A model generated the notes under the pieces. It was not told the origin of the DNA. It searched no databases and was given only the letters and a program-made list of their open reading frames with translations. From the NCBI GenBank assembly GCA_963826115.1, contig CAWGVS010000005.1, positions 736,001 to 800,000 of the forward strand: a DNA stretch of 64,000 nt, read 5' to 3'. Positions 10,615 to 21,153 of the stretch are shown piece by piece. Within the stretch, counting starts at the first letter, position 1. Each line of letters begins with the position of its first letter. The DNA comes from an uncultured Candidatus Rokubacteria bacterium. GTDB lineage: Bacteria; Methylomirabilota; Methylomirabilia; Rokubacteriales; DASRDR01. A program made the translations under genes and the position numbers.

Positions 10615-11412
10615 GTGACGAGACCGAGCCGCCCCGTCATCCTCGTCTCCAACGACGACGGCATCCACGCGCCCGGCATCGCGGCGCTGGCCACCGCGCT
10701 CGACTCCGTCGGCGAGGTGTGGGTCGTCGCGCCCGACCGCGAGCGAAGCGCCGTCGGGCACGCGCTGACGCTCCATCGTCCGCTCACCGCCGACCAGCTC
10801 GGGCCGCGCCGCTTCGCCGTCAACGGCACGCCGTCGGACTGCGTGAACCTGGCGCTCCTCGGGCTTCTGCCGGTGCGCCCGCATCTCGTCGTCGCGGGCG
10901 TCAACGCCGGCTCGAACCTCGGCGACGACGTGACGTACTCCGGCACGGTCTCGGCCGCCCTCGAGGGCGCGCTCCTCGGCGTTCCCGGGCTCGCCGTCTC
11001 GCTCATCAAGCCGGCGGGGCCGGCGAGCTACCGGCCTGCCGCGCGCGCGGCCGCGCGGCTGGTCGGGCTTCTCCTCCGAGACCCGGGCCGCGGCGCGACG
11101 CTCCTCAACGTGAACGTCCCGCCCGGGCAGCCCCGGGGCGTGCGCGTCACGCGCCTCGGGCGGCGCCTCTACAGCGAGAAGGTCGTCGAGCGCCAGGATC
11201 CACGCGGACGACGCTACTTCTGGATCGGCGTCGGCCCGCCGGCCTGGGAGGCGGGGGAGGACACCGACTACGCGGCCGTCCACGCGGGCTACGTCTCGGT
11301 CACGCCGCTGATGCTCGATCTCACGGACTATCCGGGCCTCCGCGCGCTGAAGGACTGGGAAGGGGAGTCGCGGCGACCGTCGCGGAGCCGGGTCCCGGGC
11401 GGCCCGCGGTGA
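10615..11412 (+). CDS. surE: 5'/3'-nucleotidase SurE
   Basis: ILVSNDDGI, GTPSDCV and NLGDDVTYSGTV motifs. Confidence 0.97.
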   Translation: MTRPSRPVILVSNDDGIHAPGIAALATALDSVGEVWVVAPDRERSAVGHALTLHRPLTADQLGPRRFAVNGTPSDCVNLALLGLLPVRPHLVVAGVNAGSNLGDDVTYSGTVSAALEGALLGVPGLAVSLIKPAGPASYRPAARAAARLVGLLLRDPGRGATLLNVNVPPGQPRGVRVTRLGRRLYSEKVVERQDPRGRRYFWIGVGPPAWEAGEDTDYAAVHAGYVSVTPLMLDLTDYPGLRALKDWEGESRRPSRSRVPGGPR

Positions 11413-12095
11413 GCGGGGGCCGGGCCGTCGGGACGGGAGCGGGCTGGCAGGAGGCGCGGGCCGCCCGCGAGCGGGAGCGCATGGTCGAGGAGCAGCTCGT
11501 GCGGCGCGGGGTCACGGATCCCCGGGTGCTCGACGCCATGCGGCGGGTTCCGCGCCACCGGTTCGTCGAGGAGGCGCTGCGGGATCGCGCATACGGCGAT
11601 CACCCGCTGCCGATCGGCGAGAACCAGACGATCTCCCAGCCCTACATCGTGGGGATGATGACGCAGCTCCTCGCGCTCACCGGGACGGAGAAGGTGCTCG
11701 AGATCGGCACCGGCTCCGGCTACCAGACGGCGGTCCTGGCGGAGCTGGTGCGGCGCGTGTGCTCGGTCGAGCGGTTCATGTCGCTCGGGGTCCGGGCCCG
11801 GCGCATCCTGGAGGAGTTGGGGTATACTAGCGCAGTCGTCAAGATGGCCGACGGGACGTACGGGTGGGCCGACGAGGCCCCCTTCGAGCGGATCATCGTG
11901 ACGGCCGGCGCACCGGCGATCCCGGCGCCCCTGGTGCAGCAGCTGGCCGAGGGCGGTCGGATCGTGGTGCCGGTGGGCGGACCGCAGTCCCAGGTGCTGC
12001 ATGTCGCCGAGAAGGTGGACGGTCGCATGCGGCTCACGATGGACTGCGACTGCTCGTTCGTGAAGCTTGTCGGGAAGTACGGATGGGAGACCTGA
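11409..12095 (+). CDS. pcm: Protein-L-isoaspartate O-methyltransferase
   Basis: QTISQPY and VLEIGTGSGYQTA; GTGA overlap with surE (alternative start ATG 11481). Confidence 0.95.
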   Translation: MSGGRAVGTGAGWQEARAARERERMVEEQLVRRGVTDPRVLDAMRRVPRHRFVEEALRDRAYGDHPLPIGENQTISQPYIVGMMTQLLALTGTEKVLEIGTGSGYQTAVLAELVRRVCSVERFMSLGVRARRILEELGYTSAVVKMADGTYGWADEAPFERIIVTAGAPAIPAPLVQQLAEGGRIVVPVGGPQSQVLHVAEKVDGRMRLTMDCDCSFVKLVGKYGWET

Positions 12096-12148
12096 GCCCC
12101 CGATTCCGGGGGCGGCTCGGGCTGATGGTTCCGAGGCCCGGGTGGGGT

Positions 12149-12225
12149 CGGGGCGTAGCGCAGCTTGGTAGCGCGCCTGCTTCGGGAGCAGGAGGTCGCT
12201 GGTTCAAGTCCAGTCGCCCCGACCA
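12149..12225 (+). tRNA. tRNA-Pro(CGG)
   Basis: Anticodon arm CCTGC-TTCGGGA-GCAGG; GTTCAAGTC T-loop; CCA end. Confidence 0.96.
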
Positions 12226-12276
12226 TCTCCTTCCATCCCGTGGTCATCCGGATCGTCGTGAGAACCTTCGGCGCAG

Positions 12277-12609
12277 ATGAGTGAGGCGGACAGCCGCGCG
12301 GGCCATCGCCGCCCCGGCGGACGTCTGGGCGCCGTGGAAGTCCTGGTCGGGGGACGCGTCCAGGGGGTCGGCTACCGGAACTTCGCTCAGCGGCGCGCTC
12401 TCGAGCGGCGCCTCACCGGATACGCGGTGAATCTCCCGAACGGCAGCGTCAAGATCCGAGCGGAGGGGGACCTGGAGGCCATCGAGCAGTTCGTGCGTGA
12501 CCTCGGGAAGGGCCCGCCCCTGGCCCGCGTGGAGCGCATCGACGTGAGCGCGGTCGCGTTCACCGGACGCTACGGGGAGTTCGGCATCCGGTTCTCGGAG
12601 GGGCGGTGA
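12277..12609 (+). CDS. acyP: Acylphosphatase
   Basis: GRVQGVGYR and [11 protein letters not shown] motifs. Confidence 0.93.
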   Translation: MSEADSRAGHRRPGGRLGAVEVLVGGRVQGVGYRNFAQRRALERRLTGYAVNLPNGSVKIRAEGDLEAIEQFVRDLGKGPPLARVERIDVSAVAFTGRYGEFGIRFSEGR

Positions 12610-13409
12610 GGGACCGGCCGACGCGGTGGGCGGTCCTGGTCGCGGTCCCGCTGACCCTGGTCGGGGTTCCGGCGGGGGCCGCCGGCCCCCCGAGCCCCCA
12701 GCGAACGGCCCCGAAGTCCCAGGGCATCGCCGTGAAGCTCCGGCAGCCGGCCCCGCCGGCCGCGACCCTCGGGCACGTCGTCAGGCCCGGGGAGACCCTC
12801 TGGAGCATCGCCCGCGAGCACGGCGTGTCGGTCGAAGCGCTCATGCGGGCCAACCGGCTGACGCCCAAGTCGAAGCTCCAGGTCGGCCAGCGCGTCAGCA
12901 TCCCGCTCACCGAGGTCCAGGAGGGGAGCCAGGAGCCTCCGTCCCTCGCCGACATCGTGCTGGAGAGGCCGCCGATGGCCTCCGTCGTGAGCCTCGTGCG
13001 CCCGGTGCCCGGGCCCATCGTGTCGCCCTTCGGTCCACGAGGCCGAGCCTGGCACGGCGGCGTCGACCTCCGGGCCGAGCGCCACGATCCCATCCACGCC
13101 GCCCTGGCGGGCATGGTGATCTCGAGCAGCTGGGAGCGCGCCTACGGCCACGTGATCAAGATCTGGCACCACAGCGACCTCATGACCGTGTACGCCCACA
13201 ACCTCGAGAACCTGGCGAAGGTCGGCGACTGGGTCGAGCAGGGCCAGGTGATCGCGGTCGTCGGGAGCACGGGCCGCGCCACCGCGCCCCACCTCCACTT
13301 CGAGGTGCGCCTGAACGGGCGGAAGTACGACCCCGCCTTCTGGCTGCCCGAGTCGGAGGCTCTCGCGCCCCCCGTCCGGGACCTCCGGAGTCCCGCCGCC
13401 GACCCATGA
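12606..13409 (+). CDS. LysM + M23 peptidase domain protein (NlpD-like)
   Basis: [13 protein letters not shown] LysM; HGGVD, YAHN and HLHFE M23 motifs; lies between pcm and the sigma factor. Confidence 0.9.
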   Translation: MRDRPTRWAVLVAVPLTLVGVPAGAAGPPSPQRTAPKSQGIAVKLRQPAPPAATLGHVVRPGETLWSIAREHGVSVEALMRANRLTPKSKLQVGQRVSIPLTEVQEGSQEPPSLADIVLERPPMASVVSLVRPVPGPIVSPFGPRGRAWHGGVDLRAERHDPIHAALAGMVISSSWERAYGHVIKIWHHSDLMTVYAHNLENLAKVGDWVEQGQVIAVVGSTGRATAPHLHFEVRLNGRKYDPAFWLPESEALAPPVRDLRSPAADP

Positions 13410-14413
13410 CCGCCGCGCGCGAGCCGCCGCCGCGTGGGGACGACGATCCCGCGCGCCGGCTGCCGCCGGACCCGCCGCCGGACGACCCCGAGGCGGAGTC
13501 CGCGGACGACCTCGCCGACGACGGCGCCGCGCTCGAGCTCCCGGCCGACGAGGAGCTCGACGCCGAGGAAGCGGAGGGACCGGGGTACCGCCCTCCCATC
13601 GAGATCTACCTCAGCGAGATCCGCCAGATCCCGCTCCTGACGCGGGAGCAGGAGGTCGAGCTCGCGAAGCAGGTCGCCGCGGGCAGCGAGACCGCGAGGA
13701 AGAGGATGGTGGAGGCGAACCTCCGCCTGGTCGTGATGCTGGCGCGCCGCTACCAGCACCGCGGGCTCCCGCTGGGCGACCTCATCGCCGAGGGGAACCT
13801 TGGCCTGATCCGCGCCGTCGAGAAGTTCCGCTGGGACCGCGGGACGCGCTTCTCCACGTACGCCACGTGGTGGATCCGGCAAGCGATCCAGCGCGCGCTC
13901 GCGAACCAGGCGCGGCTGATCCGGCTTCCGGTGCACGTGGAGGCCCAGCTGGGAAAGCTCCGCCGGACGCAGGAGCGGCTCACCAAGGAGCGCGGCGAGC
14001 CGCCCGTGCCTGCCGAGGTGGCCGCCGAGATGGGCGTGACGGTGAGGGACCTCCAGGCGCTCGAGGAGGCGGCCAAGATGCCGCTCTCGCTCGAGACGCC
14101 GGTCGGCGGGGACATGGAGGGCGTTCAGCTGAAGGACGTGGTTGCCGACCGGGACGACCTGGGCGCGTCGGCGATCGCCGGTCTGCTGCGCCGTCAGGCG
14201 AGCCTCCGGGAGCTCCTGGACGACCTGCCGCCGCGAGAGCGGGAGATCCTCGTCGACCGCTTCGGCCTCGGCAGCGAGACGCCCATGACCCTCGAGGCGA
14301 TCGGCCACCGGATGGGCCTGACGCGGGAGCGCGTCCGGCAGATCGAGGCCGCCGCGCTCCAGAAGCTCCGCGGCCGGCTCCAGGCGCGTGGCATCGACAT
14401 GCCAGGAGCGTGA
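13406..14413 (+). CDS. rpoS: Group-2 sigma70 factor (RpoS-like)
   Basis: [36 protein letters not shown] and TRERVRQIE; no region 1.1; surE-pcm-nlpD context. Confidence 0.8.
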   Translation: MTAAREPPPRGDDDPARRLPPDPPPDDPEAESADDLADDGAALELPADEELDAEEAEGPGYRPPIEIYLSEIRQIPLLTREQEVELAKQVAAGSETARKRMVEANLRLVVMLARRYQHRGLPLGDLIAEGNLGLIRAVEKFRWDRGTRFSTYATWWIRQAIQRALANQARLIRLPVHVEAQLGKLRRTQERLTKERGEPPVPAEVAAEMGVTVRDLQALEEAAKMPLSLETPVGGDMEGVQLKDVVADRDDLGASAIAGLLRRQASLRELLDDLPPREREILVDRFGLGSETPMTLEAIGHRMGLTRERVRQIEAAALQKLRGRLQARGIDMPGA

Positions 14414-14415
14414 CC

Positions 14416-15432
14416 ATGGCGGGCCTGGAGATCCTGTTCCTGTCCAAGGAGGACGTGGACGCCGTCGAGCTCGGGCTCGGTGAGGCGATGGACGCCATCG
14501 AGCTGGGGCTGCGCGCCCACGGCCAGAAGAAGGTGGTGATGCCCTCCAAGGACCACCTCGCCCTCGACCGCTCCGAGCGCCACTGGAACATCCTGAAGGG
14601 CTACGTCGAGCCGATCGACGTCGCCGGCGTGAAGGTGATCGGGGACTTCGAGGGGAACTACCGGTTCGGACTGCCCTCGGAGCTGGCGCTGATCACGCTG
14701 TACCGGTCGGACACCGGGGCGCCGTTCGCCATCGTCGACGGCACGCTCATCACGTGGATGCGCACCGGGGCGGTGACCGCGGTCGGCGCGAAGTACCTCG
14801 CCCCGGACCGGCCGCGTGTCCTCGCGCACGTGGGCGCTCGCGGCACCGCCTGGTACAACGTCCCGATGCTGGACCGGCTGTTCGACTTCGAGGAGATCCG
14901 GGTCACCAGCAAGCGGCCCGAGTCTCGCGAGCGGTTCGCAGCGAAGGTGTCCGGGCAGCTCGGGAAGCCCGTCCGGGTCACGGCGACGGTCGAGGAGACG
15001 GTGCGGGACGCCGACATCATCATCGACGCCTCGCGGCTCGTGACGGCGGAGGTCCTCGTCAAGGACGCGTGGGTCAAACCGGGCGCCCTGATCCAGCCCT
15101 ACGGGGTGGAGCAGTCCGTCGAGTCGTCGCTCCCGCTCTCGGTCGACAAGATGGTCGTCGACGACTGGAACCAGTGCCAGAAGTCGGAGTACGGGCAGTT
15201 CGCCGCGATGATCCGCGCGGGCGCGCTCCGTGGGGAGCACATCTACGGCGAGATCGGGGAGATCGTCGCCGGGCTGAAGCCGGGCCGCGAGTCGCCCCGG
15301 GAGCGCATCCTCTTCTGGCACAAGGGCTTCGCGATCAGCGACATCGTGCTGGCCCACGTGGCCTACGAGAAGGCCCGGGCCAAGGGGATCGGCACGGTCC
15401 TGAGCTACTACCGCCGCCCCCAGGACATGTGA
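14416..15432 (+). CDS. Ornithine cyclodeaminase / mu-crystallin family protein
   Basis: GVKVIG, ITWMRTGAVTAVGAKYLA, EIGEIVAGLKPGR and GFAISD motifs. Confidence 0.9.
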   Translation: MAGLEILFLSKEDVDAVELGLGEAMDAIELGLRAHGQKKVVMPSKDHLALDRSERHWNILKGYVEPIDVAGVKVIGDFEGNYRFGLPSELALITLYRSDTGAPFAIVDGTLITWMRTGAVTAVGAKYLAPDRPRVLAHVGARGTAWYNVPMLDRLFDFEEIRVTSKRPESRERFAAKVSGQLGKPVRVTATVEETVRDADIIIDASRLVTAEVLVKDAWVKPGALIQPYGVEQSVESSLPLSVDKMVVDDWNQCQKSEYGQFAAMIRAGALRGEHIYGEIGEIVAGLKPGRESPRERILFWHKGFAISDIVLAHVAYEKARAKGIGTVLSYYRRPQDM

Positions 15433-15790
15433 GGGGCCGGGGCGGCCGGCGGTCGCGGGCAGCCCGGCCGGGCTGACGCGACGATGCGCGCCGTGCGTCA
15501 GCCGAGCTAGCCTGCGGATCGCGTGACGGCTCGAGCTGCGGGCCCGGTCGAGGAACGGTCGTGCCCTCCTGATGCCACCCGCGCCGGGCCGCATCCGCCT
15601 CTACGCGCGTGACTACAAGTGCGCCCCGATTGCCGCGAAGGCGCGCTTCCTCGCGGCCGGGCTTGCCGTGCTGGCCTGCAGTCTCTCTACGCGCCGTGCG
15701 CTCGCGCGCTGACCGGCCACGGCGAGACGCTGACGGTCGCCTGCCGACCGACGCCGTCGTGAGCGGCTCGCGCTCGCCCGCTCCTCGGGA

Positions 15791-15799
15791 TGCTAGAAT
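15791..15799 (+). promoter_or_regulatory. Extended -10 promoter for tRNA-Arg
   Basis: TGCTAGAAT about 28 nt upstream of the tRNA. Confidence 0.5.
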
Positions 15800-15827
15800 C
15801 AAGGCCGACCGTCCCGCGAATCCGCGT

Positions 15828-15904
15828 GCCCCCGTAGCTCAGTTGGATAGAGCAAGGGTTTCCTAAACCCTGGGCCGGGTGTTCGATTCACCCCGGGGGC
15901 ACCA
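15828..15904 (+). tRNA. tRNA-Arg(CCT); integration site
   Basis: Acceptor GCCCCCG/CGGGGGC; anticodon arm AGGGT-TTCCTAA-ACCCT; GTTCGATTC; ACCA end. Confidence 0.96.
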
Positions 15905-17555
15905 ACTCCGCTACAGCACCCTCGAGCAGCGGGTCCACCGTCACCGTCCCGGTGATTTCGTAGCAGCGACCCTCCGGGGTCTCCCGTGGCGTCAGCGTCA
16001 ACCGGCCCGGCAACAGGCGCCGCAGAATGGGTCGGGCCTCGCTGGGCTCACCGCGCAGCAAGGTGGCCCACTCAGCCAACACCGCGCGCACCATCGCCTT
16101 CAGGGCCGGGGTGACCGTGGGCCGGGTTGACCGACGTCGCGCCTCGACGTTCTGTAGCTGGGCCGCCAGGGTGGCCCGGTGCTGCTCCTGCTCGCGCATC
16201 TTCTCCATCAGGCGCGCCGGGGGCTTGCCATCGGCGATGGCCGACACGAAGTTGTCGAGGATCCGGTCCACTCGCTTCATGTCGCGCTCCAGACGCTGGC
16301 ACTGGGCGTCGAGCGTGGCGTACTGCGCCGCGGCCTCCGCCACGGCCTGCGCCAGCACGTCCTCCAGCAAGGTGGTCGTCAGCACCTCCTCGTCCAACAC
16401 CGCCAGCATCGCCGCGTCCAGGTCGGGCAGGGGCAGGGACCAGCCGTTCGTACAGGTGCCATCGACGCGCCAGCCGTTGCAGACGTAGTAGACGCGCGGG
16501 GTGCCGCGTCGGCTCGTCCGCTTGATTGCATGCATCGCCCCGCCACACGTTCCACAGCGGACCAGGCCTCCGAACAGGTGGCGCGACTCCAGCGCCGGGT
16601 CGGGGCGCGCCCCCGTCTCCCGATGATTGCCGACGCCCCCGGTGTACGTCTGCCGGGTGCGTGCCAGGCGAGCATGGGCGGCGGTCCACAGGGTCTCGGG
16701 GATGATCCGGCACTCGGGCACCTTGACGTCGATCCAGTCGTCGGCAGGGACGGCTTCCTTGACCTTGGTGCCGCCGCGGTCCACCCAGCGTGTCTTGCCG
16801 TAGATCGACCGGCCTCGGTACAGGTCGCGGAAGGCCATCTCCCACAGGCACGTCTTCGCCCACCCTCGGCCCGGTCGTGGCCCCGGCACCCCCTCGGCAT
16901 TGAGCCCGCGGGCGATGCGCGCGTAGCCGCGGCCCTGGGCGATCTCCGTGAACACGCGGGTGACCACGGCGGCCTGGGTCGGGTCGATCACCCGCACCAC
17001 ATGGCCCTCGCGCCGCACGTTGGTGTACCCGTAGACCTTGCCGCCGGCCACGTGGCCGGCGCGTGCCTTGCCCCGCCCGACATCGCGCGCACGCTGCTGG
17101 TCCTGCTGTCGGTGCATCTCATCCACCATCGCCATCGTGGACACTAGGTACCGGTCCAGGAGGGTGTCGCGCTTCACCTCGCTGTCGGTGAGGTAGCAGT
17201 AGATGCGCACCCCGGCGTCGGTGATGCGTTTGAGCGCCACGGGGACCTCCTCCAGCGAGCGTCCCAGCCGGCTTTGCTCCATGGTGACCACCACCTGGAA
17301 TGAGGGCCGGGGTTTCAGGGCGTTCATCAGCCGCAGGAACCCTGGCCGCTTCACGAACTCGGCCCCGCTGATGCCGTCGTCGATGTACACGTGCGCGGGG
17401 TCCACCGTCCAGCCCTTGCGTGTCGCGTAGGCGGTGGCGTGCTCGACCTGGCGGGTGACGCTCTTGGCCTCGTCGGCCACCCCGCCTTGCTCGGTGCTCT
17501 TGCGAGCGTAGATGGCTGCGGTCAGGTGGGGGGGTGCTACACTGGGCCTGCTCAT
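15888..17555 (-). CDS. Large serine recombinase (integrase), 555 aa in integrated state
   Basis: IYARKST catalytic Ser, YIDDGISG, SRLGR, recombinase domain, Zn ribbon CGTCG...YYVC...C, coiled coil; SD GGAGGAGG; stop codon lies inside the tRNA. Confidence 0.95.
   Translation of the reverse strand: MSRPSVAPPHLTAAIYARKSTEQGGVADEAKSVTRQVEHATAYATRKGWTVDPAHVYIDDGISGAEFVKRPGFLRLMNALKPRPSFQVVVTMEQSRLGRSLEEVPVALKRITDAGVRIYCYLTDSEVKRDTLLDRYLVSTMAMVDEMHRQQDQQRARDVGRGKARAGHVAGGKVYGYTNVRREGHVVRVIDPTQAAVVTRVFTEIAQGRGYARIARGLNAEGVPGPRPGRGWAKTCLWEMAFRDLYRGRSIYGKTRWVDRGGTKVKEAVPADDWIDVKVPECRIIPETLWTAAHARLARTRQTYTGGVGNHRETGARPDPALESRHLFGGLVRCGTCGGAMHAIKRTSRRGTPRVYYVCNGWRVDGTCTNGWSLPLPDLDAAMLAVLDEEVLTTTLLEDVLAQAVAEAAAQYATLDAQCQRLERDMKRVDRILDNFVSAIADGKPPARLMEKMREQEQHRATLAAQLQNVEARRRSTRPTVTPALKAMVRAVLAEWATLLRGEPSEARPILRRLLPGRLTLTPRETPEGRCYEITGTVTVDPLLEGAVAELVPPG
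15893..15905 (+). repeat. attL core (tRNA 3' end)
   Basis: 13-bp identity with 24494-24506. Confidence 0.85.
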
Positions 17556-17663
17556 CACGGTCCTCCTCCAAAGGTCGGGCTTGATGGGCCAGCGCCCGGC
17601 GGTGTGCACCGCGCGGGCGCTACCTATTTACGGTCACGCAGCATACACGACCGTCCTGCCAGG

Positions 17664-19046
17664 CTACGCTCTCTTCGCCGACGCCCTCGGCCCCGGCCCC
17701 TCCGTGCGTGCCATGGTCGCGACGGGGGCGGGGATACCCGAGATCAACGCGAACCACGTCTCCCGCGAGACGACCACATCGGCGCGCAGCACGGCCCGAA
17801 TCCACAGTTGGTAGGCCGCGAATGCGCTACCGCTGCTGTCGGCCGCGTCCCGACTGATGGTCAGTTCCAGGGCCAGCCGCAGGCAGATGAACAGGTTCGC
17901 GAACGGCCCGAGGTAGGCTTCGCTTTCGTTTGTCCCGGCGCCGCCGGTGGCACTCACCTGCGTGGTGACGAACTTCTGGAGCCGGCCCCAAGACTCCGGG
18001 GGCCGCAGCGGCTGCTGGGTGCTGTCCTTCAGGCGATCCAGCGCCCCGGCATCCCGCGGGTGCAGAATCAACGACACGCCCTCCGCCGGCCCGTTGGCCG
18101 CCAGGATTCCTTCGTAGGCTTCGCTGATCGTGTCGTAGGTCAGCGCGCCGCCGGCCGGCATCGCGATGATGCCAGGCGTGAACTTGATGCCGCGCGGCTG
18201 GTCCTGGCCGGCGGCGGAGGGATCGCCCCGAAGGGCCGCGAGGTCGAGGCCGTTCGCGAGTTCCTCGCCGAAGACCTGCTCGATGACCGGCGGCGCGCTG
18301 GGCGAGCTGTCCCGGGCCAGCTCTTCGCTCATCTTCACCCAAATCATCTGCGTCCGCGCCTTCGCGGACACGCGATCCAGCACCACGTCGGTCGCCGGGG
18401 CGGCGACATTCTCCGGCTTCCAGAGCGGCGGCCCGGCCGACACGACTCGGGCGAAGTGTAGTTCCTGCGTGTCCATCGGAATCGTGCGAGCCCCGGCCCG
18501 AAAGACGGTACTGGCGGCGCGCGCGCGGTCCAACACATCGAGGGCTATCGCCTCCGGGACGAGATAGCCGCCACTGGCGCCGGGGCTGGTGGCCATCACG
18601 CGCTGTTCGGCCTGGGCGTCGCGCCAGTCCCCGGTGATGATCGCCCGCAGGGCGCGACCGAACGAGAGGTCGCCCGGCCGGATACCATCCGGCAACCGCA
18701 CCGGCACGTGGCTGCGCAGCGACTCGGATGGCGTCAGCGCCAGCACAGACCCTCGGTCGCTGATCGCCGCGTCCTCCTGCCGGCGAGCGGCCCGGGTCGG
18801 CAGCGGCTCGCTCAGTTCGCGCTCCACCGCGTCGAGGTTCTCGCGGCCGGCGATGTACGACCGCCGCGGGGCGTGGTCGGGGTCGAGGGCGGCGATCTGC
18901 TCGGCCGCGCGGCCCTGCACCAAGTCGAGGCGATCCCACTCGGCCGACTCCGTGTCGGTCATCGCGCGGCCCTCGGTGCTGGCCACCAGGGCGCGCATGG
19001 ACTGGACGATTTCTCCCCGCTTCTGCCGTAATTCCGTGAGGGTCAT
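17664..19046 (-). CDS. HK97-family major capsid protein
   Basis: Delta-domain-like N-terminus (MTLTELRQKR...AEWDRL), GGYLVPE, SEELARDS, LDLAALRGD..QPRGI, LDRLKDSTQQPL. Confidence 0.9.
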   Translation of the reverse strand: MTLTELRQKRGEIVQSMRALVASTEGRAMTDTESAEWDRLDLVQGRAAEQIAALDPDHAPRRSYIAGRENLDAVERELSEPLPTRAARRQEDAAISDRGSVLALTPSESLRSHVPVRLPDGIRPGDLSFGRALRAIITGDWRDAQAEQRVMATSPGASGGYLVPEAIALDVLDRARAASTVFRAGARTIPMDTQELHFARVVSAGPPLWKPENVAAPATDVVLDRVSAKARTQMIWVKMSEELARDSSPSAPPVIEQVFGEELANGLDLAALRGDPSAAGQDQPRGIKFTPGIIAMPAGGALTYDTISEAYEGILAANGPAEGVSLILHPRDAGALDRLKDSTQQPLRPPESWGRLQKFVTTQVSATGGAGTNESEAYLGPFANLFICLRLALELTISRDAADSSGSAFAAYQLWIRAVLRADVVVSRETWFALISGIPAPVATMARTEGPGPRASAKRA

Positions 19047-19323
19047 CGGGCACGCTCCCCTACTGCGGGCCTCGGGAGCGGGTGGGAGGGCGTGGCGGAG
19101 GCCCAATCGTGGCCACGCGTCCACCCGCCCCCGAAGCACGCATGCTCGGACGGTGATGGTCGCGCGCCTGATCGCCTGAGCCACAGCCGGCGGGCCAGCG
19201 CAGCGCCGGTCGCGCCCGGTGCCCCACAGGGCCGCGCGCGCCGGTGGCCGGTTCAGTTGTGGGCGCATCATATGGCAGAGCGGGGCTGAGAAGGCAAATC
19301 CCCCTGGTGATACCCTGGTGCCC

Positions 19324-20082
19324 GTGTCTCCGCGGGTCGAAGTCCTTCCCATCCGCCTGATGCTGCCGGGAGCCTTGCCCGAGAGCGACGTTCGCACGGT
19401 CCCGCTCCTGCGGCTCATGGCGGCCACGAACGACACCCGCCTGATGGAGCGGCTGTTCTTGGTGACCCGCCGGCCCGAGAATCACATCGAGAGGCTCGTA
19501 TGCCTCGCAGAGGCGGGCTACTACGGTCGCATGTTCCTGGCGCACCTCTACGAAAGCGGAGAGGCGCTCGGAGCCTTGGACCATGTGGCCCACGCCTGGG
19601 TGACGAACACCGCCGCCAGCTCGGCTGAAGCCCAGGCGGCACTGACCAGCTTGCGGGAGGCCTTTGCGGGTGAACCCACGGCGGGCTTCTACGGGTTCTT
19701 GGCGTGGATGCGCACGAAGGCCGCGTTCCACTACAAGGACGCCTCGTTCCGGGACGCACTGAAGACCACCGGGAGGCAATCGGGCCACGTCATCCTCGGT
19801 AGGTATGCCGGAGCGAGTCGGTACATCGTCGTGGACGTCCTGATGGATGAGGTCCTCAAGAAGGCGGGGAAGGAGATGATGGTGGACTACGACGCGGCCC
19901 TTGGTCGCGCGGTCGAACTGGGGAACGCCCTGGAGCGGCTCGTCGCCCATCTCCTCACCCACTACCTGCAGGAGCGCCCTGCCACGTGGCGCGAGGAACC
20001 GTGGGAGACGGTGCACTGGCCCGCAGCCCTGAGGAAGCGGACGAAACAAAGCGAGACAGACGAAGGGCCGCCGGCATGCTAG
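19324..20082 (+). CDS. Hypothetical helical protein with HEPN-like R-x5-H motif (start uncertain)
   Basis: WMRTKAAFHY motif; the only gene on the opposite strand within the element. Confidence 0.55.
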   Translation: MSPRVEVLPIRLMLPGALPESDVRTVPLLRLMAATNDTRLMERLFLVTRRPENHIERLVCLAEAGYYGRMFLAHLYESGEALGALDHVAHAWVTNTAASSAEAQAALTSLREAFAGEPTAGFYGFLAWMRTKAAFHYKDASFRDALKTTGRQSGHVILGRYAGASRYIVVDVLMDEVLKKAGKEMMVDYDAALGRAVELGNALERLVAHLLTHYLQERPATWREEPWETVHWPAALRKRTKQSETDEGPPAC

Positions 20083-20456
20083 GCCTGGCCCTCCTGATTC
20101 GTTTCGGCCGCCGCGGTGATCTCGGCCCAGGGCACCGCGAGTAGTTCCGTCAGTTGCACGTCCCGGCCTTCGGCATCCACGGGAAACAGCATGACCCGGT
20201 CGAATCCCAGCAGTCCCGCACAGGCGGCATTGAAGCGCGTGGACTCCTGGAAGAAGCGCCGGATGGTGGCCCAGCGTTCCCGTTCCGCGTCATCCGTGGC
20301 CCGCCGCTCGTTGAGCCAGTGCCGCGCATCCCGGTCGAATCCGTAGGCCAGCGCCCCCAGCACGTTCAGCGGCTGGCCCTGCAGCAGCCGCACCGTCTGC
20401 AGGTGGGCCAAGGCCACCGCGGTGCCGGGTGTCATCGGTCCGGGGTCGGTTGTCAT
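20079..20456 (-). CDS. Hypothetical protein
   Basis: ATGA overlap with terS stop; 125 aa of protein-like composition. Confidence 0.65.
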   Translation of the reverse strand: MTTDPGPMTPGTAVALAHLQTVRLLQGQPLNVLGALAYGFDRDARHWLNERRATDDAERERWATIRRFFQESTRFNAACAGLLGFDRVMLFPVDAEGRDVQLTELLAVPWAEITAAAETNQEGQA

Positions 20457-20926
20457 GGGCGGCCCCCCTCCTGCGCCCGCAGCAGTGACTCCATGGCGTC
20501 CGGCGGGGCCGCGGGCGTTAACGGTTCCACCGTGCCGCGGGCTGCCGGTGCCAGCCCCAGCGCGCGCAATGCGAGCAGACAACGGCGCCACGCATCGGCC
20601 ATCAGCGCGCACTCGGGCCGTACCCGGATGAGTCCGTTGTGGGCGTACGACTCTCCGTGCTCACGGAGGAACGCGCGGTGCCGATCGAAGTCGGCCCGTG
20701 CACTGGCCGCCAGCAGGATCGCGGCGCCGTCTCCCCGCGTGGCGAGCCGCTGCGCGTCCATCTCGGCCGCCAGGGCGTCGTAGTGGGCGCGCACGTCAGC
20801 ATCGAGCCCCAGCGGGGCCGGCGGCGCTCCCACGTCCGCGGGTTTCATCTCCAGCGCCGGCCGCTCGCGGTCGGGGCGCAGCGTGCCGCGGCGGGCCTTC
20901 GATTCACGGCGACGGCGAGGAGGCAT
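20453..20926 (-). CDS. Phage terminase small subunit, P27 family
   Basis: RGTLRPDR, PPAPLGLD and RPECALMADAWRRCLLALRALGLAPAAR match the P27-type TerS pattern. Confidence 0.88.
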   Translation of the reverse strand: MPPRRRRESKARRGTLRPDRERPALEMKPADVGAPPAPLGLDADVRAHYDALAAEMDAQRLATRGDGAAILLAASARADFDRHRAFLREHGESYAHNGLIRVRPECALMADAWRRCLLALRALGLAPAARGTVEPLTPAAPPDAMESLLRAQEGGRP

Positions 20927-21153
20927 CAGTCAGACCACCGGGTGCCCAGGAATCTCGGCGCGCGTGGCCATCGGACCGTCGTGCCTGCGCAGGCGGGTAG
21001 GGACCACTCAGGCGCTAGCTTTTTGCCCCGCCCTCCCCCGCGCGAATCCGACGCACAGGCCACAAGGTGGCCCGCCGTCCCCACGCCCAGCCCTTGGCCT
21101 ATGTGCACGTAGCTCCCCCCTCCACCCCCGTGGGGCTCAGGGCAACGTCGGGG

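Noticed and set aside
15433-15790. Possible ncRNA in the gap before tRNA-Arg
   Set aside because: No recognisable family motif; GC-rich hairpins are uninformative without an Rfam scan.
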